From assembly GCA_038087875.1 (NCBI GenBank), contig JAXLNO010000246.1:1-64000 (forward strand): DNA of 64,000 nt. The letters are read 5' to 3'. Source of the stretch: Malacoraja senta. Lineage: Eukaryota. The position numbers and the translations under genes were made by a program. The notes under the pieces were generated by a model. It was not told where the DNA came from. It was given only the letters and a program-made list of their open reading frames with translations, and did no database searches. This document shows, piece after piece, positions 10,470 through 24,466 of the stretch (positions within the stretch are counted from its first letter, which is position 1; each line of letters opens with the position of its first letter).

Positions 10470-11460
10470 ATTCAAATCTCCTGGACCGAGGGATCACCTC
10501 CCCGCTCTACCACCGGATGCTCAATTTTAGCTCCCACAGCCCACAATTAATAAGGATAAGTGACACCTCTTCAACAATAACTTCGAAGACTGGAGCATCG
10601 CAAGTATCCGTTCACAGTCCGCTACAGCACCGCCTTTACACTCGCGACCGTACGGCCATATTCAGCTCCAATTGTACCTATGAGTTAGCTGAATACATCA
10701 TCGTGAATGGTCGAATGATGGACATTGGCGGGACGGAGTACCAGAAGGAGATAGTGAGCTTATTGACACGTTGTCATGACAATGGCCCCTCTTTCAATGT
10801 CGGCAAGACGAAGGAGATAGTTTTTTACCTCTGGAAGCAATGTAGAGTATTTGCCCCAATCTGCATCAATGGCACGGAATGGTTGAGAGCTCAAGTTCCA
10901 TGTGTCACATCACCAACGATATGTCTTGTAGTAATCACATTGATGCGTAACCCACGAGGGCACACCATCATCTGTACTTCATCAAGAGACTGGGACAATT
11001 GGCATGTCTACAGTGATTCCTATAAAACTTCTAGAGATGGAGCATAGAAATCATATTGTCGGGTTGGATTACATTGTGGTTTGGCTACAGATCTGACAAG
11101 ACCGGGAAAATTTGGAGAGAGTTGTAAATGTAGCCCAATCCATCATGCAGACCTGACGTCACACCATTGTCTCCATCTACACTTCACGCTTCTTCGGGGG
11201 GAAACATTACCCAACGATGTCTAAATCGGGTCAGTTCTTCTTCCTTGTGCTCTTATCTGCCAGAAGGTACAGAAGGTTGAAAGCGCACATCACAGCGGAA
11301 TGGCTTATTTTCCATTCTTATCGAGCTTCTGCCCGATCCCTCCAAATACGAGGATACTGTTCGATTCGTATTGGCCCACTGCACACATTGGACTTTGTTA
11401 AAAAAATGATGCTCCACGATAAGCTACAAATCTGAGAACCTCATTCTGTACTCTGTATAT
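10470..11460 (+). mobile_element. Old Rex1/Babar-like LINE RT fragment and 3' tail, part of the repeated module (paralog at ~21870-23235)
   Basis: Degenerate TGASQVSVHSPL..YTRD, NVGKTKEIVF and YRRLKA motifs. Confidence 0.75.
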
Positions 11461-11841
11461 CTACCTATTGTCATGAAGTCACACAGTAAGGGAACAGCTC
11501 CTTCAACCCAGCTCGCCCATGCCGACTAATGTGCCCCATCTACGCTACCCCACTTACAGTGTTTGGCAAAAATCACTCTAAACCTTTCTATCCATGCACC
11601 TGTCCAATGTGTTTTAAATATTGTCATAGCTTCTGCCTTAGCGACGACCTTTGGCAGCTCATTCTATGTACCCACCACCGTCTGTGCAAATCTATATTCC
11701 CACCACCCCTGTGTGAATACATAGACCCAGCACCGTCTGTCCTCGCCTCTGTATCTATTTATGGTACATCTGACCAGTCTGGATTGCATGAACAACAAAG
11801 GGTTTAATGTTCTTCGGTACATGTGACAATAATGAACATAA

Positions 11842-13910
11842 CCATATAACCATATAACCATATAACCATTACAGCACGGAAACAGGCCATCTCGGCCCTT
11901 CAAGTCCGTGCCGAACATTTGTTTTTTTTTAATATTTTTTTTAGTTTTTTAAAATAAATACTTCCCCCTAGTCCCATCTACCTGCACTCAGACCATAACC
12001 CTCCATTCCTTTCCCGTCCATCTACCCATCCAATCTATTTTTAAAGGATAAAATCGAACCTGCCTCCACCACTTCCACTGGAAGCTCATTCCACACAGCT
12101 ACCACTCTCTGAGTAAAGAAGTTCCCCCTAATGTTAGCCCTAAACGTCTGTCGCTTAATTCTCAAGTCATGTCCCCTTGTTTGAATCTTCCCTACTCTCA
12201 ATGGAAAAAGCTTATCCACGTCAACTCTGTCTAACCCGCTCATAATTTTAAAGACCTCTATCAAGTCCCCTCTGAAACTTCTGCGCTCCAAAGAATAAAG
12301 ACCTAACTTGTTCAACCTTTCTCTGTAACTTAGTTGCTGAAACCCAGGCAACATTCTAGTAAATCTCCTCTGTACTCTCTCTATTTTGTTGACATCCTTC
12401 CTATAATTAGGCGACCAAAATTGTACTCCATACTCCAGAATTGGCGTCACCAATGCCTTGTACAATTTTAACATTACATCCCAACTTCTATATTCAATGC
12501 TCTGAATTATAAAGGCCAGCGCCCCAAAAGCTTTATTTACCACCCTATCTACATGAGATTCCACCTTCAGGGAACTATGCACAGTTATTCCTAGATCCCT
12601 TTGTTCAACTGCATTCCTCAATTCTCTACCATTTACCATGTACGTCCTATTTTGATTTGTCCTGCCGAGATGTAGTACCTCACTTTTATCAGCATTAAAC
12701 TCCATCTGCCATCTTTCAGCCCACTCTTCCAAATGGCCTAAATCTCTCTGTAGAGTTTGAAAATCTACTTCATTATCCACCACACCACCTATCTTAGTAT
12801 CATCTGCATACTTACCAATCCAATTTTCCACACCATCATCCAGATCATTGATGTACATGACAAACAACAGTGGACCCAACCCAGACCCCTGAGGCACCCC
12901 ACTAGTCACCGGCCTCCAACCTGACAAACAGCCATCCATCATTACTCTTTGGCATCTCCCATTCAGCCACTGTTGAATCCATCTTGCTACTGCACCATTA
13001 ATACCCAACAATTGAATCTTCTTAACCAACCTTCCATGAGGAACCTTGTCAAAGGCCTTACTGAATTCCATATAGACAACGTCCACTGCTTTACCCTCAT
13101 CAATTTCCCTAGTAACCTCTTCGAAAAATTCTAGAAGATTAGTCAAACATGACCTTCCAGGCACAAATCCATGTTGACTGTTCCTAATCAGACCCTGCTT
13201 ATCCAGATGCTTATATATATTATCTTTAAGTATCCTTTCCATTAATTTGCCCACCACTGACGTCAAACTAACAGGTCTATAATTGCTAGGTTTTCTCTTA
13301 GAACCCTTTTTAAACAACGGAACAACATGCGCAGTACATCAATCCTCCGACACTATTCCCGTTTCTAATGACATTTGAAATATTTCTGTCATAGCCCCTG
13401 CTATTTCTACACTAACTTCCCTCAATGTCCTCGGGAATATCCTGTCAGGACCTGGAGACTTATCCTTCATATTTTTCAAAAGTGTCCGCACCTCCTCTTC
13501 TTTGAATCTCATAGTTTCCATTGCTACTCTGCTTGTTTCCCTTACCTCACATAATTCCATATCCTTCTCCTTGGTGAATACCGAAGAAAAGAAATTGTTC
13601 AGTATCTCCCCCATCTCTTTTGGCTCTGCAGATAGCTGTCCACTCTGACTCTCTAATGGACCAATTCTATTCCTTGTTATCCTTTTGCTATTAATATAAA
13701 TGTAGAAACCCTTTGGATTTACTTTCACCTTACTTGCCAAAGCAACCTCATATCTTCTTTTAGCTTTTCAAATTGTTTTCTTAATATTCTTTTTACATTC
13801 TTTATACTCCTCAAGCACCTCATTTCCTCCATGCTGCCTATAATTATTGTAGATCTCTCTCTTTTTCCGAACCAAGTGTCCAATTTCCCTTGAAAACCAT
13901 GGCTCTTTCT
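11842..13910 (-). mobile_element. Young 5'-truncated CR1 LINE with (ggttatat)n tail
   Basis: ORF 12022-13317 RT (SGVPQGSGLGPLLF, KYADD); TSD aacataa at 11835-11841 and 13911-13917; empty site in the paralog at ~23617. Confidence 0.95.
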
Positions 13911-14063
13911 AACATAAACCAAAAGCTAAAACGCCATGCGTCTCACATCGTAATTGTGTACAACACCACAAATCCAGCGGGATGTCCATGGTTTATCGAC
14001 GGACTACATCATCCTTCGCTCCACCTGCGCACCTCGGCACAGTTTAATAACATGTGTTGTACA

Positions 14064-14759
14064 TGTACGAGGGGATTTGGTGCTTTACCCGTACCCTATA
14101 TCTTACTTTACTCAGATAGGCGCAGACAAAAAATAAAACAGCTCATAGATCAATGGCTAGTCAACCGAACAAGTCGATTTAATACAGGCCTCAGCGATGT
14201 ACATCGCGAAACAGTGTGAGGAAGCTCAAGCTGCTTCAAAATCCCACGGTAAATGTAGGATTCTTCTACCCTCATGACACAATGGTTACTTGTGGAGTTG
14301 AAATACAACATCATTAATCAATGTCTCTGTAACCTTTCATCTTTGCGTTTCCACAAAGTTAACTTTAATCTTGGGTTTCTTGTTGTTTAGAAATCTCCTT
14401 CCCATGTATCTAACATGTAGATATCATAAATGTCCAGGTTCTTCTCGACAAATGGAGTCCACTCGTAAAGCAAATCGTTGTGAATCTTTTGGAGACGTGC
14501 CTGCTAAACAGAGTAACCAAAGGTAGCTGTAATGCAAGATTGCAGCAGATATGGACCTACTGTGGACAGGACGACAAAAGACTATCCTCCCCCTACTGAT
14601 AAGGAAGTCTGCTTCTCAGTAGAATGTTTCAGCTTTAGCTATTTTAACTACATTCTATCTTAGCAACGCTCCAATCATGCTCCGCAATATGTGAGCTGCA
14701 GGCTTAAACAAACTACAACTTACTCATCTTCCTTTTGATTCTCAACGTTTCCGACAACA
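14064..14759. mobile_element. Putative solo LTR, 696 bp (TG...CA)
   Basis: Starts TGT, ends ACA, flanked by 5-bp TSD gtaca (14059-14063, 14760-14764); absent from other module copies. Confidence 0.75.
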
Positions 14760-16205
14760 GTACACATTTTTTATTTGTGTTTTTGCAGAGCGTGAATTCT
14801 CCGATTGCACATATCGTGTTCCACGAAGAACGGAATTAGACAATGCAGCTTAAGCAAATGTTATTCATTTAAAAAAGATATACGGACAATTTAAAGTTTG
14901 ATTTAAACAAAGAATCATATTCAGGATGATATTCTATAACATGAACTATATTCTGCCTCTATTATTCCTGTTGCTTGATCCAATGACTTTGTTTCAACTG
15001 ATTGTATCTATGTATTGTATGTCTGATCTGAGTGGATAGGAGGCAACACAGCTTTTCACTGTGCCTCCGTACTTGTGACAGTAATATCGCTAGCCGAACC
15101 TAACCAAACGCAATGATCAGAGATAAGTACCAGATATGATCAGAGCCGGAATGATCGGACTGTGATGGCGAATAAAATAGACACAGACGGCCTTGATATT
15201 CAAGAGACCTGATGAATGGTTGTTAAGCACAAACAAACTGTTGGACAAATGCGAAGAGAAAGTGAAGACTGGGGCAGGAGGAGTAACACAGTAAAACGCT
15301 GCTGCTGTATTGTAGTCCGCAGTAATACAAGAGGAAAACAGCAAATACGCAGATGACTCTGAAGACATCGTGGAGAGAGGAGGGACATCTAATGTTATAA
15401 ATGGACGACGTGATCAAATCCCCGATGTTGTGGAAGTAACTGCACGATATGGTGTCGTATCGCAAAATACAAGAATGCCGCACTCCGCATTAGAGTGCAA
15501 ACTGGCGCATCAGGGCACCTGAAGATTGATGCAGAATCAGTTGCTGCCGAACAATTATTGCTCAACACAAATAACGAAAGATGGTCACCTATTTACCTCT
15601 TGTCGAGATGGCAGCTAGATTTCCAAACGTAGTGACTAGAAATGCCAGTATCGACGCAACATGTCTCAACGACCGCCTCTGATAGCTCGTTCCGTACATG
15701 CATCGTCGTCTGAGTGTATAATCTTCCCGTCAGGGTCCTTTTAAATATTGCTACTCCCACCATATACCTATGATCTCTTGTTTTTGATTCCCCATTCTGC
15801 AGAAAAGACTGCATTCTCCCGATCTATTCCCCGTATACACCTTTATAAGCAACATTCAGCTTCCTGTGCTCCAAGGAATAAAGTCCTCATCCCTACCAAG
15901 AGCCCGGCCCATACAAGGATAGTGTAGCGAAGTCCTGCTCTAACGACTGACGGTGATACTACAAATGGAGAAACGTGTATACACTGGTCCGAGAGTCATT
16001 TAGTCACACAGTAGAGGAACAGGCCAAACAACTATCTGCATCTGTGCTGTCCATTTACTAATTCCCATTTACTAGCGCTTGATCAACAGAATATTATGCC
16101 CTGACACATAGATACATAGATACATAGAAAATAGGTGCAGGAGTAGGCCATTCGGCCCTTCGAGCCTGCACCGCCATTCAATACGATCATGGCTGATCAT
16201 CCAAC

Positions 16206-19000
16206 TCAGTATCCCGTACCTGCCTTCTCTCCATACCCCCTGACCCCTTTAGCCACAAGGGCCACATCTAATTCCCTCTTAAATATAGCCAATGAACTGG
16301 CCTCAACTACCCTCGGTGGCAGAGAGTTCCAGAGATTCACCACTCTCTGTGTGAAAAAGTTTTTCCTCATCTCGGTCTTAAAGGATTTCCCCCTTATCCT
16401 TAAGCTGTGACCCCTTGTCCTGGACTTCCCCAACATCGGGAACAATCTTCCTGCATCTAGCCTGTCCAACCCCATAAGAATTTTGTACGTTTCTATAATA
16501 TCCCCTCTCAATCTCCTAAATTCTAGCGAGTATAAGCCAAGTCTATCCAGTCTTTCTTCATATGAAAGTCCTGACATCCCAGGAATCAGTCTGGTGAACG
16601 TTCTCTGCACTCCCTCTATGGCTATAATGTCCTTCCTCAGATTTGGAGACCAAAACTGTACGCAATACTCCAGGTGTGGTCTCACCAAGACCCTGTACAA
16701 CTGCAGTAGAACCTCCCTGCTCCTATACTCAAATCCTCTTGCTATGAAGGCCAACATACCATTCGCTTTCTTCACTGCCTGCTGCACCTGCATTCCTACT
16801 TTCAATGACTGGTGTACCATGACACCCAGGTCTCACTGCATCTCCCCATTTCCTAATCGGCCACCATTTAGATAATATTCTGCCTTCCCGTTTTTGCTAC
16901 CAAAGTGGATAACCTCACATTTATCCACATTATACTGCATCTGCCAAACATTTGCCCACTCACCCAACCTATCCAAGTCACCTTGCAGTCTCCTAGCATC
17001 CTCCTCACAGCTAACACTGCCCCCCAGCTTAGTGTCATCCGCAAACTTGGAGATGTTGCTTTCAATTCCCTCGTCCAGATCATTAATATAAATTGTAAAT
17101 AGCTGGGGTCCCAGCACTGAGCCTTGCGGTACCCCACTAGTCACTGGCTGCCATTGTGAAAAGGACCCGTTTACTCCTACTTTTTGCTTCCTGTTTGCCA
17201 GCCAGTTCTCTATCCACATCAATACTGAACCCCCAATACCGTGTGATTTAAGTTTGTATCCTAATCTCTTATGTGGTACCTTGTCGAAAGCCTTCTGAAA
17301 GTCCAGATACAACACATCCACTGGTTCTCCCCTATCCACTCTACTAGTTACATCCTCGAAAAATTCTATAAGATTCGTCAGACACGATTTACCTTTCGTA
17401 AATCCATGCTGACTTTGTCCAATGATTTCACCACTTTCCAAATGTGCTGCTATCCCATCTTTAATAACTGACTCTAGCAGTTTCCCCACTACCGATGTTA
17501 GACTAACTGGTCTGTAATTCCCCGTTTTGTCTCTCCCTCCCTTCTTAAAAAGTGGGGTTACGTTTGCTACCCTCCAATCCTCAGGAACTACTCCAGAATC
17601 TAAAGAGTTTTGAAAAATTATCACTAATGCATCCACTATTTCTGGAGCTACTTCCTTAAGTACTCTGGGATGCAGCCTATCTGGCCCTGGTGATTTATCG
17701 GCCTTTAATCCATTCAATTTACCCAACACCACTTCCCGACTAACCTGGATTTCACTCAGTTCCTCCATCTCCTTTGACCCGCGGCCCCCTGCTATTTCCG
17801 GCAGATTATTTATGTCTTCCTTAGTGAAGACGGAACCAAAGTAGTTATTCAATTGGTCTGCCATATCCTTGTTCCCCATGATCAATTCACCTGTTTCTGA
17901 CTGCAAGGGACCTACATTTGATTTAACTAATCTCTTTCTCTTCACATATCTATAAAAACTTTTGCAGTCAGTTTTTATGTTCCCTGCCAGTTTCCTTTCA
18001 TAATCTATTTTCCCTTTCCTAATTAAGCCCTTTGTCCTCCTCTGCTGGTCTCTGAATTTCTCCCAGTCCTCTGGTATGCTGATTTTTCTGGCTAATTTGT
18101 ACGCATCATCTTTTGCTTTGATACTATCCCTGATTTCCCTTGTTATCCACGGATGCACTACCTTCCTTGATTTATTCTTTTGCCAAACTGGGATGAACAA
18201 TTTTTGTAGTTCATCCATGCAGTCTTTAAATGCCTTCCATTGCATATCCACCGTCAACCCTTTTAGAACTAATTGCCAGTCAATCTTGGCCAATTCACGT
18301 CTCATACCCTCAAAGTTACCTTTCTTTAAGTTCAGAACCGTTGTTTCTGAATTAACAATGTCACTCTCCATCCTAATGAAGAACTCAACCATATTATGAT
18401 CACTCTTGCCCAAGGGGGCACGCACAACAAGTCTGCTAACTAACCCTACCTCATTACTCAATACCCAGTCTAGAATAGCCTGCTCTCTCGTTGGTTCCTC
18501 TACATGTTGGTTTAGATAACTATCCCTCATACATTCCAAGAAATCCTCTTCCTCAGCACCCCTGCCAATTTGATTCACCCAATCTATATGTAGATTGAAG
18601 TCACCCATTATAACTGTTTTGCCTTTGTTGCACGCATTTCTAATTTCCTGTTTGATGCCATCCCCAACTTCACTACTACTGCTAGGTGGCCTGTACACAA
18701 CACCCACCAGCGTTTTCTGCCCCTTAGTGTTTCGCAGCTCTACCCATACCGATTCCACATCCTCCAAGCTAATGTCCTTCCTTTCCACTGCGTTAATCTC
18801 CTCTCTAACCAGCAACGCTACCCCACCTCCTTTTCCTTTCTCTCTAACCCTCCTGAATATTGAATATCCCTGGATGTTCAGCTCCCAGCCTTGGTCACCT
18901 TGGAGCCATGTCTCCGTGATCCCAACTATATCATAATCATTAATTGCTATCTGCACGTTCAACTCATCCACCTTATTACGAATTGCTCCTTGCATTGAGA
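16206..19000 (-). pseudogene. CR1 ORF2 (AP endonuclease + RT) with a 1-nt insertion near the start and an in-frame TGA at 16833-16835
   Basis: GITETWL, MGDFN, SDHN, VPQGSVLGP, FADD; ORFs 16833-18995 and 16206-16820 are in one frame, split by one stop (MQ*DLG, likely CGA>TGA). Confidence 0.93.
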
Positions 19001-19322
19001 CACAAAGCCTTCAGGCTTGTTTTTACAACGCTCTTACCCCTTATACAATTATGTTGAAAAGTGGCTCTTTTTCATTTTTGCCCTGGATTTGTCTGCCTGC
19101 CACTTTTACCTTTCACCTTGCTACCTATTGCTTCCGCCCGCATTTTACATCCCTCTGTTTCTCTGCTCACCCATTTAAGAACCCCACCACCTCTTATTCT
19201 CTGTTTATTATTGTTTTCTTCTTTCCCCCCTACATGTTGGGTCTGAGTGCTTTCCCTCTCTGCCTCCTGCCTCACACACTGTCCAATAGCATTCTCTATT
19301 TGAGTCCCTCCCCCCAACCATT

Positions 19323-19860
19323 CTAGTTTAAAGTCTCCCCAGTAGCCTTTGCAGATCTCCCCGCCAGGATATCGGTCCCCCTCAGGTTCAAGTGCAACCC
19401 ACCCTTTTTGTACAGGTCGAACCTTCCACAAAAGAGGTCCCAATGATCCAGAAATTTGAATCCCTGCCTTCTGCACCAGTCCTTCAGCCACGCATTTATC
19501 CTCCACCTCGCTCCATTCCTACTCTCACTGTCGCGTGGTACAGGCAGTAATCCCGAGATTGTTACCTTTGCTGTCCTTCTCTTTAACTCCCCTCCTAACT
19601 CCCTAAATTCTCCTTTCAGGACCTCTTCTCTTTTTTTACCTATGTCATTGGTACCTATATGTATCACGACCTCGGGCTCCTCTCCCTGCCCTTTCAGGAT
19701 GTCTTGGACACGTTGAGACACATCACAGACCCTGGCACCAGGGAGGCAAACTACCATCCGGGTCTCCCGACTGCGTCCACAGAATCGCCTGTCTGACCCC
19801 TTAACTATAGAGTCCCCTATTAATATTGCCCTCCTCTTCTTTTCCTTACCCTTCTGAGCA
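19323..19860 (-). pseudogene. CR1 ORF1 C-terminal SGNH/GDSL esterase domain (5'-truncated)
   Basis: AILIGDSIVKG, CLPGARV, HIGTNDIG and GLHLN blocks. Confidence 0.88.
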
Positions 19861-20602
19861 CTATATATCTTTCAAGGAAGGTGGTGCTTACAATACGATG
19901 CAGAGTCTGAAGTTGAGGTTTATCCCACGGATGAATGAACTGCCAAAGGTGCAACAATTGATCAGATCATCTACGCTGTGAGGTTTGGAAGAACGAGAAG
20001 TGAATATATTAACACTGTAAATGTCGGATTCTACGAGGGCTGACAGGATAGATATTGAAAGCATTACACAATCGCTAGATGGGTGATGACGGTAGGATAC
20101 AAGTTTCAGAGTAGGTGTTCACCATGGAGTGAATTGAGATGAGAAGCAATTTATGCTCGCAAATATATCTGAACATCCAGTACCATGTTGCCAAAACATT
20201 AGTGATGATAACTCATTCCGTTCATATAGGGCTGGAGCACGTGTGTTTGTAGACAATGGTGTAATGACGTCTAATGTGACCAGCTGTGGATTAATATGAG
20301 TCCTACGTCAGATCCTGTTTAATATGGAAAATAGGAACAGCCTCTCGCTGTAAATGATGCGTTCAGCAGTGTGTACCTGTATGTGATAGGGGATGGAGTG
20401 GCTATTATCTCCAAACGCCGGGACCGAGGTATCTTCTCCGCCTCTACCGCTGAATGCTCGATTTTAGCACCGACAATCCTCAGTCAGTGAGGATAGGTGA
20501 CACCTCATCCAAAGTAACACCGGACCCTACAATAAATCATTTTCAGTCCGCTACTATATCTCCTTTGCATCGAGTACTGGCCGAAATTTATATCAATGGT
20601 AC

Positions 20603-21025
20603 AATAGACAATAGACAATAGGTGCAGGAGTAATCCATTCGGCCCTTCGAGCCAGCACCGCCAGTCAATGTGATCATGGCTGATCATCCACAATCAGTGT
20701 CCCGTTCCTGCCTTCTCCCCATATCCCCTGATTCCGCTTTCTTTCAGCGCCCTATTAAGTTCTCTCTTGAAAGTATCCTGAGAACCGGCCTCCACCGCCC
20801 TCTGAGGCAGAGAATTCCACAGACTCGCAACACTCTGTGTGAAAAAAATGTTTCCTCATCTCCCTTCTAAATGCCTTACCCCTTATTCTTAAACTATGGC
20901 CCCCTGGTTCAGGCGTCCCCCAACATCGGGAACATGTTTCCTGCCTCTCGCGTGTCCAACCCCTTAATCGTCATATATATTTCAATAAGATGCCCTCTCA
21001 CCCTTCTAAATTCCAGAGTTTGCAA
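20603..21025 (-). mobile_element. CR1 3' fragment with (ctattgt)n tail; paralogs at 26655-27080 (-) and 63040-63462 (+)
   Basis: Same fragment at the same module position in three duplicated segments. Confidence 0.85.
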
Positions 21026-22105
21026 GCCCGTAGTCTAGGGTACTGCTCAATTCGCTTTACCGCATTGCGGATATTTAAAATTGTCTAAGTAAATGATGCA
21101 CGAAAATAAACACCAATGCTGCCAACTATATTCTGTACTCTGCATATTCCACGTTGCTCTATCTATTTTCATAGAATTATCGAATCCTACAATATGTTAA
21201 TGGGACTTTCTACCCAGCTGGCACATGCCGACCAATGTGCCCCATCTACACTCGTCACCCCTTCGCGCATCTCGCCCACATCACTCTAAATAATTCCTAT
21301 CCATGCAGCGGTCCAGCTGCCTTTGAAAGATGCCCTAATATATGCCGCAATCACCTCATATGTCAACTCATTCTCTGTGTAAATCCGTATACCCACTGCT
21401 CGAGTTGTAACTAATACTGTATATATATGGTATATCTAGTGTGTCTGGATTGCACGTAAAACAAAGCTTTTTACTTTAGTTCGGGACATGCAACAATAAA
21501 CTTAAAACTGAAGCTGATATTTGAACGCCTCTCCTCTTAATTGTTTACAACATCGCGATCCCAGCGGGATGTCTCATTGTATCACCCACTGCTCCAGACG
21601 AGACCTTCTGCAAACTTAAATCATATTTTTGCAAACATTTGTTGCTTTGTGAATTTACAAAACTCAAATTATCCAACTGCACTTGTCCAGTTCTACGGAG
21701 AAAGGATTCATGAGACAATCTAATTGTCTTTGAACGTTTGTCATATTTTCCGGCGCAACCATTTACTTTCGGTGCAGAGATGGAGTAAATATTGATCTGC
21801 GGTGGAAGAGGCTGTCAAAGGAACAACAATTGAGGAGATCCTACACTCTGTGCAGGTTGGAAGATGATATATTCCAAACTCCTGGAACGAGGGATCACCT
21901 CCCCGCTCTACCACCGCATGCTCAATTTTAGACTCCCACAGCCCACAATCAATAAAGATAAGTGAAACCTCCTCAACAATAACTTCGAAGACTGGAGCAT
22001 CGCAAGGATCCGTTCTCAGTTCGCTACTACACCACCTTTACACCCGCGACCGTACGGCCATTTTAAGCCTTAGCTATGAATTTGCAGAAAATATCATTGT
22101 GAATG

Positions 22106-22474
22106 AAAGAATGAATGAATAACTTTATTGGCCAAGTATTCACATACAAGGAATTTGCCTTGTTGCTCCGCCCGCATGTGACAACAACATGCAGTGACAG
22201 TTAGGAATTACACATACAGCATTGAACATTAATAATAAAACATTATAGTTTAACAATGTGAATTAACTAAAATAGCAGAGCAAAAGGAGACTACAGATTT
22301 TTGGTTATTGAGTAGAGCTACTACTCGTGGAAAAAGCAGTTTTTATGTCTGGCTGTGACAGCTTTGACAGTCCGGAGTCTCCTTCCAGAGGGAAGTGATT
22401 CAAAGAGATAGTGGCCAGGGTATGAGGTGTCAGAGATGATCTTACCCGTTCGCTTCCACGAGTAGTAGCTCTAC
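22106..22474 (-). mobile_element. Short retroposon 3' fragment present only in duplication unit 2
   Basis: TSD tgaatg at 22100-22105 and 22475-22480; empty site gtgaatggtcgaatg at ~10704. Confidence 0.8.
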
Positions 22475-23770
22475 TGAATGGTCGAATGACGGGCAATGGC
22501 GGAGCGTAGTACAAGAAGGACATAGTGAGCTTATTGACATGTTGTCGTGACAATGACCCCTCTTTCAGCAAGCCGAAGCAGATAGTTTTTGACCTCAGGA
22601 AGCAATGTAGAGTATTTGCCCCAATCTGCATCAATGGCACGGAATGGTTGAGAGCTCAAGTTCCATGTGTTAATTCACCAACGATATGTCTTGTAGTAAT
22701 CACATTGATGCGTAACCCACGAAGGTACACCATCATCTGTACTTCATCAAGAGACTGGGACAATTGGCATGTCTACAGTGATACTTATAAAACTTCTAGA
22801 GATGGAGCATAGAAATCATATTGTCGGGTTGGATTACATTGTGGTTTGGCTACAGATCTGACAAGACCGGGAGGATTTGGAGAGAGTTGTAAATGTAGCC
22901 CAATCCATCATGCAGTCCAGACGTCACACCATTGTCTCCATCTACAATTCACGCTTCTTCGGGGAAAAATTACCCAACATCATCAAAGATGTCTAAATCG
23001 GGTCAGTTCTTCTTGCCTGTTCTCTTATCTGCCAGAAGGTACAGAAGGTTGAAAGCGCACATCACAGCGTAATGGCTTATTTTACATCGTTATCTGGCTT
23101 TTGCCCGATCCCTCCATATGCGAGGATACTGTTAGATTCGTATTGCCCCATTGCACATATTGGACTTTGTTCAAAAATATGATGGTCCACGAGAAGCTAC
23201 AAATCTGAGAACCTCATTCTGTACTCTGTATATCTACCTATTGTCATGGAGTCACACAGTAAGGGAACAGATCCTTCAACCCAGCTCGCCCATGCCGACT
23301 AATGTTCCCCATCTACGCTACCTCACTTACAGTGTTTGGCAAAAATCACTCTAAACCTTTCTATCCATGCACCTGTCCAATGTGTTTTAAATACTGTCAT
23401 AGCTTCTGCCTTAGCGACGATCTTTGGCAGCTCATTCTATGTACCCACCACCGTCTGTGCAAACCTATATTCCCACCACCCCTGTGTGAATACATAGACA
23501 CAGCACCCTCTGTCCTCGCCTCTGAACTGATTGCATCTATTTATGGTACATCTGATCAGTCTGAATAGCATGAACAACAAAGGGTTTAATGTCCTTCGGT
23601 ACATGTGACAATAATGAACATAACCCAAAAGCTAAAACTCCATGCGTCTCACATCGTAATTGTGTACAACACCACAAATCCAGCGGGATGCCTCGTGGTT
23701 TATCGACGGACTACATCATCCTTCGCTCCACCTGCGCACGTCGGTACAGTTTAATAACATGTGTTGTACA

Positions 23771-24466
23771 TGTAGGAGGGGATTTTGTGCTTTACCCGTA
23801 CCCTATATCTAACTTTACTCAGATAGGCACAGACAACAAATAAAACAGCTCATAGATCAGTGGTGAGGCAACCGAACAAGTCGATTTAATACAGGCCTCA
23901 GCGATGTACATCGCGAAACAGTGTGAGGAAGCTCAACCTGCTTCAAAATCCCACGGTAACTGTAGGATTCTTCTACCCTCGTGAAACAATGGTTACTTGT
24001 GGAGTTGAAATACAACATCATTAATCAATGTCTCTGTAACCTTTCATCTTTGCGTTTCCCCAAAGTTAACTTTAATCTTGGGTTTCTTGCTGTTTAGAAA
24101 TGTCCTTCCATGTATCTAACATGTATATATCATAAATGTCCAGATTCTTCTCGACAAATGGAGTCCCCTCGTAAAGGAGATCGTTTGTGAACCTTTTGGA
24201 GACGTGCCTGCTAAACAGAATAACCAAAGGTAGCTGTAATGCAAGATTGCAACAGATATGAACCTACTGTGGACAGGACTACAAAATACTATCCTCCCCC
24301 TACTGATAAGGAAGCCTGCTTCTCAGCAGAATGTTTCAACTTTAGCTAATTTAACTACATTCTATCTTAGCAACGCTCCAATCATGCTCCCCAGTATGTG
24401 AGCTGCAAGGTTAAACAAACTACAACTTACTCATCTTCCTTTTGATTCTCAACGTTTCCGACAACA
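23771..24466. mobile_element. Putative solo LTR, duplicate of 14064-14759
   Basis: TG...CA, 696 bp, TSD gtaca at 23766-23770 and 24467-24471. Confidence 0.75.

Larger units (their letters stand above)
16107..19862 (-). mobile_element. Near-complete young CR1 LINE, 5'-truncated within ORF1
   Basis: ORF1 esterase plus ORF2 APE-RT; (ctatgtat)n tail; empty site at ~25915 (ccctgaca|ttatatctttcaag). Confidence 0.96.

Noticed and set aside
10350..10470. Ig/TCR J-like or exon-like peptide (PFTFGAE.., LGAETEVEIYP..QIVYSVQFG) recurring at ~19880, 25940, 28880, 35700
   Set aside because: Aligns to the decayed CR1 RT C-terminus (ALEAVQRRFTRLIPGM..LYSLEFRR); copies have stops and indels; no RSS
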